This document shows positions 1 to 10,262 of a DNA stretch of 64,000 bases, one piece after another; within the stretch, counting starts at the first letter, position 1; each line of letters opens with the position of its first letter. Location of the stretch: contig OY762964.1 of assembly GCA_963667035.1 (NCBI GenBank), forward strand, positions 768,001-832,000, read 5' to 3'. The translations under genes and the position numbers were made by a program. Below the pieces are notes generated by a model, which ran no database searches, was not told where the DNA came from, and saw only the letters and a list, made by a program, of their open reading frames with translations. The DNA is from Candidatus Cloacimonadales bacterium (GTDB taxonomy: Bacteria; Cloacimonadota; Cloacimonadia; Cloacimonadales; JAFGVF01).

Positions 1-795
1 TTCTATTCTGATAATCCGCCTAATACAGTAGAAGGAACTGCTACTCCATCATTTGTATTTACATCAAATCCTGTTGCTGCCGGAGATGGACTCTATTATG
101 CTAGAGTTTCAGGAACAGCAGGATCTTATCCCGCAGCTTATTATCTAAAGCTCGAAAATCTAACAAGTGAGACTTTCCTACCTGTAACATTGTCTACTTT
201 TACCGCTATCTACAATAATGATGGAGTCGGTATTACATGGACAACTCAAACAGAAACAAATCTGGCAGGCTATAATCTTATTAGAAGCGAAACAACTAAT
301 ATGACTGAAGGTATCAATGTTAATGGAGCTAAAATTATTGCTCACAATACTTCTACAGTCAAGACTTACAACTTCAAAGATGATGAAATTGAAGGTGCCG
401 GTGCATACTATTACTGGCTTGAAGTCGTAGAAATTGATGGAGGAATTGATTATCATGGACCTGTTCAGGTTGATATCATTGAGGATGAAGAAGGGGAAGA
501 GACTCCTGATGTTGTATACCATACAGGTATTATCAGCAGTTATCCTAATCCATTCTCCAGCAATATTGATATCCAGGTTGAAATGGGAAAATCTGCAAAT
601 ACTGAGATCTCAGTTTATAACATTAAAGGTGAAAAGATTAATGTTATTCAAACCGGAGAGCTGGGTGTAGGTACTCACACCTTTAACTGGAATGGCAGAG
701 ATGTGCATGGTAAGACAGTTTCAAATGGTATCTACTTCTTTAGATTAAACAGTCATGAAGGGACCTTTACTCATAAGGTAACTTATATTAAGTAA
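1..795 (+). CDS. Secreted protein with C-terminal FlgD-Ig/T9SS-like sorting domain (5' end outside window)
   Basis: Frame is open from base 1 (FYSDNPPN...FLPVTLSTFTA); C-terminus has SYPNPFS...IYNIKGE...WNGRD...SNGIYF...KVTYIK pattern. Confidence 0.85.
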   Translation, partial: FYSDNPPNTVEGTATPSFVFTSNPVAAGDGLYYARVSGTAGSYPAAYYLKLENLTSETFLPVTLSTFTAIYNNDGVGITWTTQTETNLAGYNLIRSETTNMTEGINVNGAKIIAHNTSTVKTYNFKDDEIEGAGAYYYWLEVVEIDGGIDYHGPVQVDIIEDEEGEETPDVVYHTGIISSYPNPFSSNIDIQVEMGKSANTEISVYNIKGEKINVIQTGELGVGTHTFNWNGRDVHGKTVSNGIYFFRLNSHEGTFTHKVTYIK

Positions 796-815
796 AATAA
801 CAATAAAGAGAGAAT

Positions 816-842
816 GAAAGGGATGCTACGGCGTCCCTTTTC
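816..842 (+). terminator. Intrinsic terminator
   Basis: aaagggatgc-tacg-gcgtcccttttc hairpin followed by T-rich tail just after the stop. Confidence 0.8.
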
Positions 843-957
843 TTATGTTAAAGGCTAGAGTATCTGATGCGAGGTATGAAACAAATCAGGAACATATTAT
901 AAGTCAATAAGTTGATACTGAGAATTATTATAGTTAAGGATTATTTAAAAAATATCA

Positions 958-986
958 TTGACAAGATAGCAAGAGTTGGAAACTTT
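958..986 (+). promoter_or_regulatory. Sigma70-type promoter of the tRNA cluster
   Basis: TTGACA at 958-963 and an AAACTT-like -10 about 17 bp downstream, just before tRNA-Gly. Confidence 0.5.
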
Positions 987-1000
987 AATCTCACATGTGA

Positions 1001-1076
1001 GCGGGAGTAGCTCAGCTGGTAGAGCGCCACCTTGCCAAGGTGGTTGTCGCGGGTTCGAATCCCGTCTCCCGCTCCA
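1001..1076 (+). tRNA. tRNA-Gly(GCC)
   Basis: gcgggag acceptor stem, ccacc-ttGCCaa-ggtgg anticodon arm, ggttcgaatc T arm, encoded CCA. Confidence 0.97.
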
Positions 1077-1081
1077 TAGAA

Positions 1082-1155
1082 GGCGACATCGCCAAGTGGT
1101 AAGGCAGAGGTCTGCAAAATCTCCATCCCCGGTTCGAATCCGGGTGTCGCCTCCA
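1082..1155 (+). tRNA. tRNA-Cys(GCA)
   Basis: ggcgaca/tgtcgcc acceptor stem, ctGCAaa loop, T arm, CCA. Confidence 0.96.
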
Positions 1156-1173
1156 CTAATTAAGAATAATCGT

Positions 1174-1261
1174 GCCGGAGTGGTGGAATTGGTAGACACA
1201 AGGGACTTAAAATCCCTCGAGATTCTATCTCGTGCCGGTTCAAGTCCGGCCTCTGGTACCA
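1174..1261 (+). tRNA. tRNA-Leu(TAA)
   Basis: aggga-ctTAAaa-tccct anticodon arm, long variable arm, ggttcaagtcc, CCA. Confidence 0.96.
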
Positions 1262-1274
1262 AATATAAAATAGA

Positions 1275-1350
1275 GCGGGAGTAGCTCAGCTGGTAGAGCG
1301 CCACCTTGCCAAGGTGGTTGTCGCGGGTTCGAATCCCGTCTCCCGCTCCA
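1275..1350 (+). tRNA. tRNA-Gly(GCC), second identical copy
   Basis: Same sequence as 1001-1076. Confidence 0.97.
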
Positions 1351-1489
1351 TTTTTATGCACGATTATCTCCACTTAATACCGTATACAATCAAGTATAAA
1401 TCCGATTATATCCAATAATCCGAGAAATAAATTGACACTTACCATGTTTCTATTGATAATTTAACTAAATATGATTATCAGAGGCTAGT

Positions 1490-2884
1490 ATGAACTATAT
1501 ACATCAGTTTGTAGACAAAATGAAATCGGAAAATCTGGTTAACCAAGTAATAGAGACATTCATTCAATATTATCAAAACTACGTAAATGGAGATAAAGGT
1601 CTTCTTAGCAGAGAAGAGATAGAACCACCGGAGGAACAAGACGTTATCAATTATAATGATCTCTCCGAATATACCCCGAATCTACTATCTGAACTAGCCG
1701 TATGTAAGCTGAATGGTGGCTTGGGTACCTCTATGGGCTTAACAAAAGCGAAGTCACTTCTACCTGTATTCCAAACAGAGAATGGAACCGATTTAACCTT
1801 TTTGGATGTTATTCTTAAGCAATTAGAATCTATACACAAACAGTATGATGTAGAAACCACATTCCTACTTATGAATAGTTATAATACCGATAAAGATACT
1901 AAAGAGGCTATAGATGTTTATGACTGGCTAAAGCATCAATCACTTGAAGTTTGTTTTTTACAAAACAAATATCCGAGAATTAGGAAAGATGATAACTCGC
2001 CACTACAACTTGACGATGAAGACTCGAATTGGAATCCACCGGGACATGGAGATATCTATACAGCTTTATCATCAAATGGAATACTTGATAAACTGATTGC
2101 TGAGGGTAAGGAATATCTTTTTATTTCCAACTCTGATAATCTTGGAGCAACTCCTGATGTAAAGATTCTTACTTACCTGAAAAATAATGACATACCATTT
2201 CTGATGGAAGTTTGTAAAAGAACAGATATGGATAAGAAAGGTGGTCATTTAGCTAGAAGCAAGTCAGGTAATTTATTGTTGAGAGAAGTTGCACAATGTC
2301 CTGATAATGAGATAGAAGAATTTCAGAATATAGATTTATACTCATTCTTTAATACAAATAGTCTCTGGGTTAACTTGAAAAAGCTAAAGAGTTATTTATC
2401 TGATAATGGCGATAGAATGACCCTACCTTTGATTGTGAATCCTAAGAATGTAAACGGGGTAGATGTAATCCAACTTGAAACTGCTATGGGTGCAGCTATA
2501 AGCGTTTTTAAGGGAGCAAAAGCATTGGAAGTTCCCAGATCAAGGTTTATTCCTGTGAAAAAGACTAATGAGTTACTATTACTATGGTCTAAAGTATATT
2601 TGTTAAATGATAGATATGAGGTAATACTGAATAGTAATAGAACTAGTGTTCCACAAATACACTTAGATCAAAGATTCTATAAAACGGTTGATGATTTAAA
2701 AGAGAAGCTTTGGAAACATAAACCTGACTTTAGAAGATGTCGTTCTCTTCAGATTGATGGTAATGTATGGTTTGGTGATAACGTAGTAATTATTGGGGAT
2801 GTAAGTGTTAATGGATGTGATAAGAAGTATGAGATAAATAATCGTATCCTTGAGGGATTAGTATTTTGCCATCCGGAGCTATAG
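1490..2884 (+). CDS. UTP--glucose-1-phosphate uridylyltransferase (UDPGP / eukaryote-like UGPase family)
   Basis: KLNGGLGTSMG, KS, WNPPGHGD, FISNSDNLGA, KKGGHL, QLETAMG, RFIPVK motifs. Confidence 0.93.
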   Translation: MNYIHQFVDKMKSENLVNQVIETFIQYYQNYVNGDKGLLSREEIEPPEEQDVINYNDLSEYTPNLLSELAVCKLNGGLGTSMGLTKAKSLLPVFQTENGTDLTFLDVILKQLESIHKQYDVETTFLLMNSYNTDKDTKEAIDVYDWLKHQSLEVCFLQNKYPRIRKDDNSPLQLDDEDSNWNPPGHGDIYTALSSNGILDKLIAEGKEYLFISNSDNLGATPDVKILTYLKNNDIPFLMEVCKRTDMDKKGGHLARSKSGNLLLREVAQCPDNEIEEFQNIDLYSFFNTNSLWVNLKKLKSYLSDNGDRMTLPLIVNPKNVNGVDVIQLETAMGAAISVFKGAKALEVPRSRFIPVKKTNELLLLWSKVYLLNDRYEVILNSNRTSVPQIHLDQRFYKTVDDLKEKLWKHKPDFRRCRSLQIDGNVWFGDNVVIIGDVSVNGCDKKYEINNRILEGLVFCHPEL

Positions 2885-2885
2885 A

Positions 2886-3671
2886 TTGTCATTATATGAT
2901 TTTTATCAGGTAGACAGTTTTACAAATCAAGCCTTCAAGGGTAATCCTGCCGGAGTAGTAATATTGGATAAGGAATTGAGTGATTCAATACTACAGAGCA
3001 TTGCCAAGGAGATTAATCTTTCGGAAACAGCCTTCGTAGTTGACAATGGTAAGGAACTTAACATTAGGTGGTTTACTCCAGAAACCGAAGTTAAACTATG
3101 TGGACATGGAACATTAGCTGCATCTCAAGTATTGTTTAAAGAAAAAGCAATTTCAGAATGCAAATTCAAGAGTAAATCCGGTGATTTGTATGCCAGATAC
3201 CTAGATGGTGAAGTTTCTCTTGTATTTCCTGCTTCCTATCCACGTAGGGACTATCATAATGTTGCACTAAAAGATTTGTTACCCCAAGTCGAGGCAATGA
3301 AAATAGCTGATGATTTGAATTATGTCTTGACTGAGTTTACCGATAGAGTTGACTTAATAAAGTTCAAACCTGATTATAAAGCATTGAAAGATGTAGCTAA
3401 TCTTTCCGGTTTAATAATAACATGTAGAGATAATGAGTATGATTTCATTAGCCGTTTCTTTGATCCTTGGGAAGGTATACTTGAAGATCCGGTAACAGGA
3501 TCGGCTCATTGCGTGTTAACGCCTTATTGGAGTGAGAGATTAAACAAAAAAGAGTTAAGGGCATATCAAGCTTCTGAAAGAGGTGGGATTATTAAGTGTT
3601 ATGATGATGGGGATAAAGTAGTGCTAAAAGGTGAAGCAGTAATAGTAATTAAAGGGAAAATAGAGTTTTAA
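2886..3671 (+). CDS. PhzF family epimerase/isomerase
   Basis: QVDSFT...GNPAGV, NLSETAF, RWFTP.TEV.LCGHGTLA, EDPVTGSAHC. Confidence 0.93.
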   Translation: MSLYDFYQVDSFTNQAFKGNPAGVVILDKELSDSILQSIAKEINLSETAFVVDNGKELNIRWFTPETEVKLCGHGTLAASQVLFKEKAISECKFKSKSGDLYARYLDGEVSLVFPASYPRRDYHNVALKDLLPQVEAMKIADDLNYVLTEFTDRVDLIKFKPDYKALKDVANLSGLIITCRDNEYDFISRFFDPWEGILEDPVTGSAHCVLTPYWSERLNKKELRAYQASERGGIIKCYDDGDKVVLKGEAVIVIKGKIEF

Positions 3672-3681
3672 AGGAACAAAT

Positions 3682-4554
3682 ATGAGAGTAAGTAAGGCTC
3701 AGAAGATAAGGTTAGGAGTATTTATATTCAGTGGATTTCTATTGATAATACTGCTAGTGGTGATTGTTGCAGGGAATAAGCTAATGGAGAAAAGGGACAT
3801 CTATTACGTTGAATATACAGATTCATCAGTGAATGGATTATCTACAGGAGGAGCAGTAAAATATCATGGTATTGATATTGGAAGGGTCGATAAGATAGAA
3901 GTCAATCCTAAAGATATTACCAGGGTTATCGTAACAATAAGTGTTACCAGAGGGACTCCTATTAAAGAAGATGTTGAAGCAACTCTAGTACCTGTGGGAA
4001 TAACAGGGTTAAAGTCAATTGAGCTCACGGGTGGTACTAACGAAGCGGATTTACTCCCAACTTATCAGAACATTAAACCGGGATTATCTACATTTGATAA
4101 CCTTTCAGGTAGGGCTACTTCTATAGCTGAGAAACTTGAACAGCTTGTTAGTAATTTAAACGAACTAACAAACCCTCAAACTCAGAGAGACATAAGCCAG
4201 ATAATTGCAAATACAAATGATATAGTTACTAGTAATAAAGATTCGATTAACAATACAATTGTCAATTTAGATAGAATCACATACAATGCTGACCGACTAG
4301 TAGGTAATCTAGCAGCATTCTCGGATTCGTTGGACAAAATTGATATTGCAGATACGATTGATAGACTCAATACAACTATAGACCAAACAACTATAGCTAT
4401 TACAAACATAGACCGACTTATTTCAAAGAACAGGATAAATGTCGATGAATCATTGGAGTCATTAAGAGAAACTCTTGAAAGTCTAAATGAGTTTGCTCGT
4501 CAGATTAATGAAGATCCATCTGTAATTCTTCGCGGAAGCACGGGAGGGGAGTAG
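3682..4554 (+). CDS. MCE/MlaD family substrate-binding protein
   Basis: N-terminal TM helix, GL..GG.VKYHGIDIGRV MCE motif, GITG...IELTGG, helical tail ending EDPS.ILRG. Confidence 0.92.
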   Translation: MRVSKAQKIRLGVFIFSGFLLIILLVVIVAGNKLMEKRDIYYVEYTDSSVNGLSTGGAVKYHGIDIGRVDKIEVNPKDITRVIVTISVTRGTPIKEDVEATLVPVGITGLKSIELTGGTNEADLLPTYQNIKPGLSTFDNLSGRATSIAEKLEQLVSNLNELTNPQTQRDISQIIANTNDIVTSNKDSINNTIVNLDRITYNADRLVGNLAAFSDSLDKIDIADTIDRLNTTIDQTTIAITNIDRLISKNRINVDESLESLRETLESLNEFARQINEDPSVILRGSTGGE

Positions 4555-4557
4555 GAA

Positions 4558-6678
4558 ATGAATAAAATCAAAATAGTCGTATTAATTATGTTAACTCTGA
4601 TATTAGCTGCTTGCTCTTTTAACAGGAATATCGAAAGCACAAATTACTACATCCTTGATTATAATGGCTGTAATGAGCAACAAAATCTAAAATTGAAAGC
4701 TCCTTACAATTATACTGTGCAGATTAATGAAACCAGATTACCTAGAACGTATGATAGAAATCAGATAGTTTCCAAATATACTTTCAATCAAATTACTTAC
4801 TTGAAAAGACATCTTTGGAGCTCGAAACTGTATGATGCAATACCTAACTTGATTTCACAAAGAATCAAATGCTACAATATCTTTAAAAGAGTGGGAAGAG
4901 TAAACTCAGCATCAATTCCCGATTTCTATATTGATACGAATGTTTCTAACATTGAGCAATACTTGGATGACGGAAAGCAGTTTGCTCATTTAAAGATGGA
5001 GTTTATTCTCAAGAGTGGAAAGGATAACAAGGAACTGTTCAGCTATAATAACGACAGAACAAAAAGAGTGTATTCTACTGGAATAGATGGTGTAGTAAGT
5101 ACTCTAAACGATTTAATCTTGGAAGAGACCAATACATTCAGTAGGCTTATTGTTAGTTATCTGGAGAAAAAAGAGATTCCTGATGATAGTTTGATAGAGA
5201 AACTTGCTGAAGCAAACAAGGACTTTGAAGAGATAAGCGGCAACATTAACAATGTCGGTGAATTACTAGTTCCTGCAATTTATGACGGTGAAATGGAACC
5301 TGAGTATTATATCTATTCTTCCGGTGGAGATTTTATTGAAGAAGCAACAATGGGAGATGTTATCCGATTACCTAAAGATGAATACAAGCTTAGAATAGGA
5401 ACAGATCAGTTAATCGATACACAAGTGGAAGTAAAAGCAGGATACCGGAGAGTTATAAAACCTACTTGGGGTGTTCTCATTGTTAACATTATTGATGAAG
5501 ACAGAAATGATGTCAAAATGCGCTATGAGATTTTCCAGGAAAATGATGAACGAGTTCGTTCTTTCGGAACTTACTATAGTTCCAGTGATAGGATTACAGA
5601 ACCTCCTGATGCTCATGTACTACTTCCGGGAATGTATAAGTTAACTATCAATGGAAGACCTTTCAATACCTATATAGATTTCACTTCTGTAACTATAAGT
5701 GAAGAAGAAACTTATGAACTTACTATTGTTGTTGAATCTTTAGATGAGAATGAAGTGTCAAGTGATAGAAAACTTTTAGGTGCAGGCGTAATAAGATCGG
5801 AATCTGATAGAAGAATCAGTCAGAATGGTAAATGGGACAATGCTTTGTATGTTATTGCCAATTTCAATTCGGATAATAAAACAGCAGAAGATGATCGTAA
5901 AACTTCAATGACTTTTATTGGTGAGTTTGATAACAAGTATGATTATGAAAAGGGTCCTTTCCACTATAGCATGAAAAGTTTATACAGTATTGAGTTGAAT
6001 TGGGAAACAGATGAGGACTTTAAAGTTAAGAATGATGATTACAATCTCGAAAACACTGTAATTTATAATGTTATGGGCGGACTTGGTTTATATGGAAGGG
6101 CTGATCTTGCGTGTCATTTCTCGCCTACTTACGACTATATATCTAATGGCGAAACCAGAGATATTGAGTTAAGAGATGCGGATAATAATGTGTCAGATTA
6201 TTTAACTGATAGAGATAAGTTTAAGTATCAACCAACTATTTTCCCATTAGTATTGAAAGAAGGTGCCGGTCTTAACTACAGATTCTTCCAAAATATCAGT
6301 TCTGTAAAAATGAGTATTAGAGGAGGAATAGGATGGGAGCAAGAAGTATATCATGATACCTATTCCCAGCAAAGCAGCTCTGACTCCCTTTATGTTTATA
6401 GAGAACTTGAGAATGATTATACAACAGGCTTTGAGTTATCCGCTTTAGGTACACTTTCAATGAAGAAAATGCCTGTTGATTATACGCTTAGTGCTGATTT
6501 TCTTTTCCCGTTTGATGCTAATGATGAAGCTAAATACGATATTGAGAATATTCTTACCCTTAACTTAATTAAAAATGTTTCCTGGGATATCAAAGCTACT
6601 TTCACTAAAGGTGTCCAAGGAAGAGATTATTGGGTACTTGATTACGGTACATTCTTAAGGCTTTCGTTGTTCTATTAA
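4558..6678 (+). CDS. PqiC/ABC-auxiliary-like lipoprotein with long C-terminal extension (probable beta-barrel)
   Basis: Lipobox ILAAC, 'TNYYIL' and 'YDRNQIV...HLWS' resemble ABC_trans_aux; strand-rich C-terminal half ends in aromatic LSLFY; lies inside the MCE operon. Confidence 0.7.
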   Translation: MNKIKIVVLIMLTLILAACSFNRNIESTNYYILDYNGCNEQQNLKLKAPYNYTVQINETRLPRTYDRNQIVSKYTFNQITYLKRHLWSSKLYDAIPNLISQRIKCYNIFKRVGRVNSASIPDFYIDTNVSNIEQYLDDGKQFAHLKMEFILKSGKDNKELFSYNNDRTKRVYSTGIDGVVSTLNDLILEETNTFSRLIVSYLEKKEIPDDSLIEKLAEANKDFEEISGNINNVGELLVPAIYDGEMEPEYYIYSSGGDFIEEATMGDVIRLPKDEYKLRIGTDQLIDTQVEVKAGYRRVIKPTWGVLIVNIIDEDRNDVKMRYEIFQENDERVRSFGTYYSSSDRITEPPDAHVLLPGMYKLTINGRPFNTYIDFTSVTISEEETYELTIVVESLDENEVSSDRKLLGAGVIRSESDRRISQNGKWDNALYVIANFNSDNKTAEDDRKTSMTFIGEFDNKYDYEKGPFHYSMKSLYSIELNWETDEDFKVKNDDYNLENTVIYNVMGGLGLYGRADLACHFSPTYDYISNGETRDIELRDADNNVSDYLTDRDKFKYQPTIFPLVLKEGAGLNYRFFQNISSVKMSIRGGIGWEQEVYHDTYSQQSSSDSLYVYRELENDYTTGFELSALGTLSMKKMPVDYTLSADFLFPFDANDEAKYDIENILTLNLIKNVSWDIKATFTKGVQGRDYWVLDYGTFLRLSLFY

Positions 6679-6679
6679 T

Positions 6680-7741
6680 ATGATTGAAATACAAAGCGAT
6701 ATTATCAAAATAAGTGACAATCTTGATAGGAATTCGGTTCCTGAATTCTATTCTATTGTTGATAAGATTAAAGCAACTCCGACTAGTATCGACCTTAGTG
6801 CTGTAACAAGAATAGATAGTTCGGGAGTAGCATTTGTTGATACAATTAAAGAGAAGTATCCTGATATTGTTATTATTGCAGGGAATGAGAGAGTGAAGGA
6901 TGCATTAAGTGTCTTTTCTTTTACAAATCCTGTTGATACATCAGAGAACACGAAAGAGAACTTTTTTGAGAAGATCGGTTCAAGGTTCTTTGAAATCAAA
7001 GATGATATTACAGATCTTCTGTTCTTAGCTTCCGATATTGTTTTCTGGTCACTCCACGATTTGTTTAGTAGTAAAGGACAGAGAAAGGGAGCATTTACTC
7101 AGCAATGTATACTCTTGGGTTTAGATGCGGTAGGAATCATTAGTTTACTATCAATCATTCTAGGCTTTATCATGGCTGTTCAATCAGGTAATCAACTAAG
7201 ACAATTCGGAGCTAGTGTATTCCTGGCAGATATGCTTTCGGTAACTCTAGTGAATGAACTTGGACCTATCTTGACTGCGATTATAATAGCGGGTAGGAGT
7301 GGCTCATCAATTGCTTCCGAGTTAGCTAGTATGCAGGTGATGGAAGAGATAGATGCTTTAAAGATAATGGCGATAAATCCTACAAGATTTGTAATTGTTC
7401 CGAAGTTTCATGCAATAACGGTTTGCATGCCAGTTCTTCTATTAATAAGTATTATTGTCTCACTAGGAGCAGGTTTGCTTGTGGGAGTATCATTTCTTGG
7501 TTTAAGTCCTATTACGTTTTTTGACAGAGCAATAGAGATTCTCGATGTAAGAGACGTATTAGTTAGTTTTGTAAAAACAACTTTCTTCGCATGGGTCATC
7601 GTTATAATAGGAAGTCACATGGGATTGAAAGTAAAAGGTGGGGCAGAGGGAGTTGGAAAAGCAACAACCGACTCAGTGGTTACATCCATATTTGCAGTTA
7701 TTGTTCTGGATGCTCTCTTTAGCTTTATATACTTAGTATGA
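6680..7741 (+). CDS. mlaE: MlaE family permease with N-terminal STAS domain
   Basis: IDLSAVTRIDSSG (STAS); ELGPILTAIIIAGRSGSSIASEL..M...EEIDAL; GAEGVGKATTDSVV. Confidence 0.9.
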   Translation: MIEIQSDIIKISDNLDRNSVPEFYSIVDKIKATPTSIDLSAVTRIDSSGVAFVDTIKEKYPDIVIIAGNERVKDALSVFSFTNPVDTSENTKENFFEKIGSRFFEIKDDITDLLFLASDIVFWSLHDLFSSKGQRKGAFTQQCILLGLDAVGIISLLSIILGFIMAVQSGNQLRQFGASVFLADMLSVTLVNELGPILTAIIIAGRSGSSIASELASMQVMEEIDALKIMAINPTRFVIVPKFHAITVCMPVLLLISIIVSLGAGLLVGVSFLGLSPITFFDRAIEILDVRDVLVSFVKTTFFAWVIVIIGSHMGLKVKGGAEGVGKATTDSVVTSIFAVIVLDALFSFIYLV

Positions 7742-8484
7742 TGAATAAAGAACCAATAATTGAAGTAAAAGACTTAGTTGCCAAATATGGTGAGACGACC
7801 ATATTAGATGGTATTACGGTTGATTTCTATCCAAACGAGGTTACAGTTATCTTAGGTGGAAGTGGTTGTGGTAAATCAACTCTTCTGAAAAATATTCTAC
7901 GGATGTATGAACCGTTTAGCGGTAGTGTAAAGATGTTTGGAGAGGAAGTCACCCAACTGGAAGCAGGAGAATTTGAGAAAGTGCTTAAGAGGATTGGAAT
8001 GCTCTTTCAAGCCGGATCTTTGATTAACTCGATTCCTGTTTGGGATAATCTGGCAATTCCTATAGAACAACACACTAAACTGCCCTATGCTGTAATTGAC
8101 AAAATGATAAGAACCAAATTGCATCTTGTTCAATTAGACCATGCAGTCCAATTATTACCCTCTGAGCTATCCGGTGGTATGGTTAAGCGAGCAGGACTTG
8201 CTCGTTCTATTATATTGGATCCGGAGATTCTTTTTTGTGATGAGCCTTCTGCAGGACTAGATCCATTAACCAGTGAGTCATTGGACAAGCTTATCTTGGA
8301 ATTGAAGAAACAGATGAATATGAGTATCATAGTTGTAACGCATGAGTTAGCGTCAATTCATAGGATAGCTGATAAAGTTATATTTTTAGAGAAAGGTAAG
8401 ATGCTTTTTCACGGAACTCTGAAGGATGCAAAAAAAAGTGGCATTAAAGAAGTTGAAACATTCTTTAATGCCGGAAGATTCTAA
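7738..8484 (+). CDS. mlaF: MlaF family ABC ATPase
   Basis: GGSGCGKS Walker A, LSGGMVKRAGLAR, FCDEPSAGLDP, VTHEL. Confidence 0.92.
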   Translation: MMNKEPIIEVKDLVAKYGETTILDGITVDFYPNEVTVILGGSGCGKSTLLKNILRMYEPFSGSVKMFGEEVTQLEAGEFEKVLKRIGMLFQAGSLINSIPVWDNLAIPIEQHTKLPYAVIDKMIRTKLHLVQLDHAVQLLPSELSGGMVKRAGLARSIILDPEILFCDEPSAGLDPLTSESLDKLILELKKQMNMSIIVVTHELASIHRIADKVIFLEKGKMLFHGTLKDAKKSGIKEVETFFNAGRF

Positions 8485-8489
8485 GTTGA

Positions 8490-8945
8490 TCAAATAATTG
8501 ATTTTAAATCATTCAGTAAGTATTCTTTATCGCTAGGTTCAGTTATCAATTCCGCTTCAGCCTTAGCTTTATTGATAAACTCTTCAGCTTTGCTATTATT
8601 TTTGATAACGCTGTAAGCTCTTGCAATAGCTTCAAAAGCAAATGCTTTGTCAAAACCGCTTAAGTCATTATTTTCACATATTTGTAAGGCTCGTTGACCA
8701 TGCTTTAATGCTGATTCTCCCATCTTTAAAGTAGCATAAACTCTTGAGATTTGCCATTCGCCTGTGTAGATTTGCTTTGCTCCACCAACTTGCATCCAGT
8801 GGTACAATGATGTGTGGGCAGAGTGTATCATTTCAAGATCATGCTCGGGTGTTCTATCTGATTTATCAAGTAAGTCCCATGTACCGTTAAACAGATTAAT
8901 CGCAAAGTATTTATGAATTTGTTCCATTTCTTCTTTGTTTGCCAT
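8490..8945 (-). CDS. Conserved hypothetical alpha-helical (TPR-like) protein
   Basis: 151-aa ORF with HKYFA..LFN.TW, AH.S.YHW, EWQISRVYA, AFEAIARAY motifs. Confidence 0.7.
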   Translation of the reverse strand: MANKEEMEQIHKYFAINLFNGTWDLLDKSDRTPEHDLEMIHSAHTSLYHWMQVGGAKQIYTGEWQISRVYATLKMGESALKHGQRALQICENNDLSGFDKAFAFEAIARAYSVIKNNSKAEEFINKAKAEAELITEPSDKEYLLNDLKSII

Positions 8946-8958
8946 TTTTTATCCTTAT

Positions 8959-9462
8959 CTATTTCAAGTTGAGTATCTTCTCAACTACCCACTGAGCAAT
9001 TTCACCGGTGAGCATAGCACACTTGTTTTTTCTCAATGTTTTAAATTCTTTAGACTCTTCTTCTTTCCAAAAATCCCAATGTTTACCGGTAAACTCCTTT
9101 TGATAGTTGTTACAAGAAACACAATCATATCTGTCTTTGAACTTATCATAGAGTTGTTTAGAGTACTGATAGCTTTTGAGAAATCTTCCGTTTCCGAAAC
9201 CTTCTTGATTTCTATCCCTGCCAAAATAAGCACCTAGAGCTAGTTGTCCTCCTGCCATTGCACCACATGTGCCTTCTCCCGATAAACCACCTCCACCGGC
9301 TAGAGCATGAGCAGCTTTAATAACGGAATCATCTATTCCACCAATTGTTTCTTGTACGGCAGCTAATACACATTGCGGACAGCATCCGTATCTCTCATCA
9401 TAAGCATAAGCTATTTGGTATGCTTTCTCGGCTAAGGCCACTTTTTCTTCTTTACTATGCAT
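8959..9462 (-). CDS. C-GCAxxG-C-C family redox protein
   Basis: CCPQCV...CGAMAGG...SC...KC pattern; SD aggag. Confidence 0.88.
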   Translation of the reverse strand: MHSKEEKVALAEKAYQIAYAYDERYGCCPQCVLAAVQETIGGIDDSVIKAAHALAGGGGLSGEGTCGAMAGGQLALGAYFGRDRNQEGFGNGRFLKSYQYSKQLYDKFKDRYDCVSCNNYQKEFTGKHWDFWKEEESKEFKTLRKNKCAMLTGEIAQWVVEKILNLK

Positions 9463-9581
9463 TTGCTTCTCCTAGATAATAATTGTACACTTTATTTAGT
9501 CCGATTATTGAATGTCAAGTTTACTTTGACAGAATTTCACAACATACTTTAATTAAGCAAAATGTTGTAAAAGGAATATAA

Positions 9582-10262
9582 ATGCTCAAACTCGCTATAG
9601 ATACGACATCGCCATCCGGAAGTCTTGCAATATCCAAAGATGATGACATAATATATGAGAAGTATTTCAAAATAAATATCACGCACTCAGAGACATTAAT
9701 GCCTAGTATAGATACTGCCTTGTCGGAATTGGGACTTCTCAAGAAAGATATAAATGAGTTGATTGTGTGTAAAGGTCCAGGTTCTTTTACAGGAATTAGA
9801 ATAGGTGTTGCTACAGCTAAAGGTATAGCTTATGGGCTTGATATACCTGTGAAGGCTTTTACTTCATTGGAAATGACAGCAGCTAACTTATTGCATGCTA
9901 ATAAACCAATTTTCAGTTTCATCGATGCACGCATGAAAGAAGTATATGCTGCTCTTTACAATGATAAACTGGAACCTATTATAGCTCCCGGTTGCTATCT
10001 TCCTGAAGATATAATAGGTAAGATTCATGAACCGGTAATTGTTGTCGGAAGTGGAGTGAAATCATATTTATCGCTTTTACAAGAATGTAATAATGTGACT
10101 ATTGCTCCTATGCACTATCAAGTAGCAAGAGCCAGTTCTCTATTTACTCTGGACAAGATGTTTCCTGATGATAAGGAATATAGCATTGAAGATCTGTTTA
10201 TGTTGGAACCGGAGTATATGAGACTTTCTCAAGCGGAGCTAATGAAAAAGAATAATGCCTAA
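9582..10262 (+). CDS. tsaB: tRNA threonylcarbamoyladenosine biosynthesis protein TsaB
   Basis: LAIDT, HSETLMP, GPGSFTGIRIG, IDARMKEVY. Confidence 0.95.
   Translation: MLKLAIDTTSPSGSLAISKDDDIIYEKYFKINITHSETLMPSIDTALSELGLLKKDINELIVCKGPGSFTGIRIGVATAKGIAYGLDIPVKAFTSLEMTAANLLHANKPIFSFIDARMKEVYAALYNDKLEPIIAPGCYLPEDIIGKIHEPVIVVGSGVKSYLSLLQECNNVTIAPMHYQVARASSLFTLDKMFPDDKEYSIEDLFMLEPEYMRLSQAELMKKNNA

Noticed and set aside
1001..1350. Identical tRNA-Gly copies as att sites
   Set aside because: Both are full length and enclose only other tRNAs; ordinary tRNA operon
941..1373. ORFs 941..1156, 945..1373 and 976..1284
   Set aside because: They are shadows of the four tRNA genes
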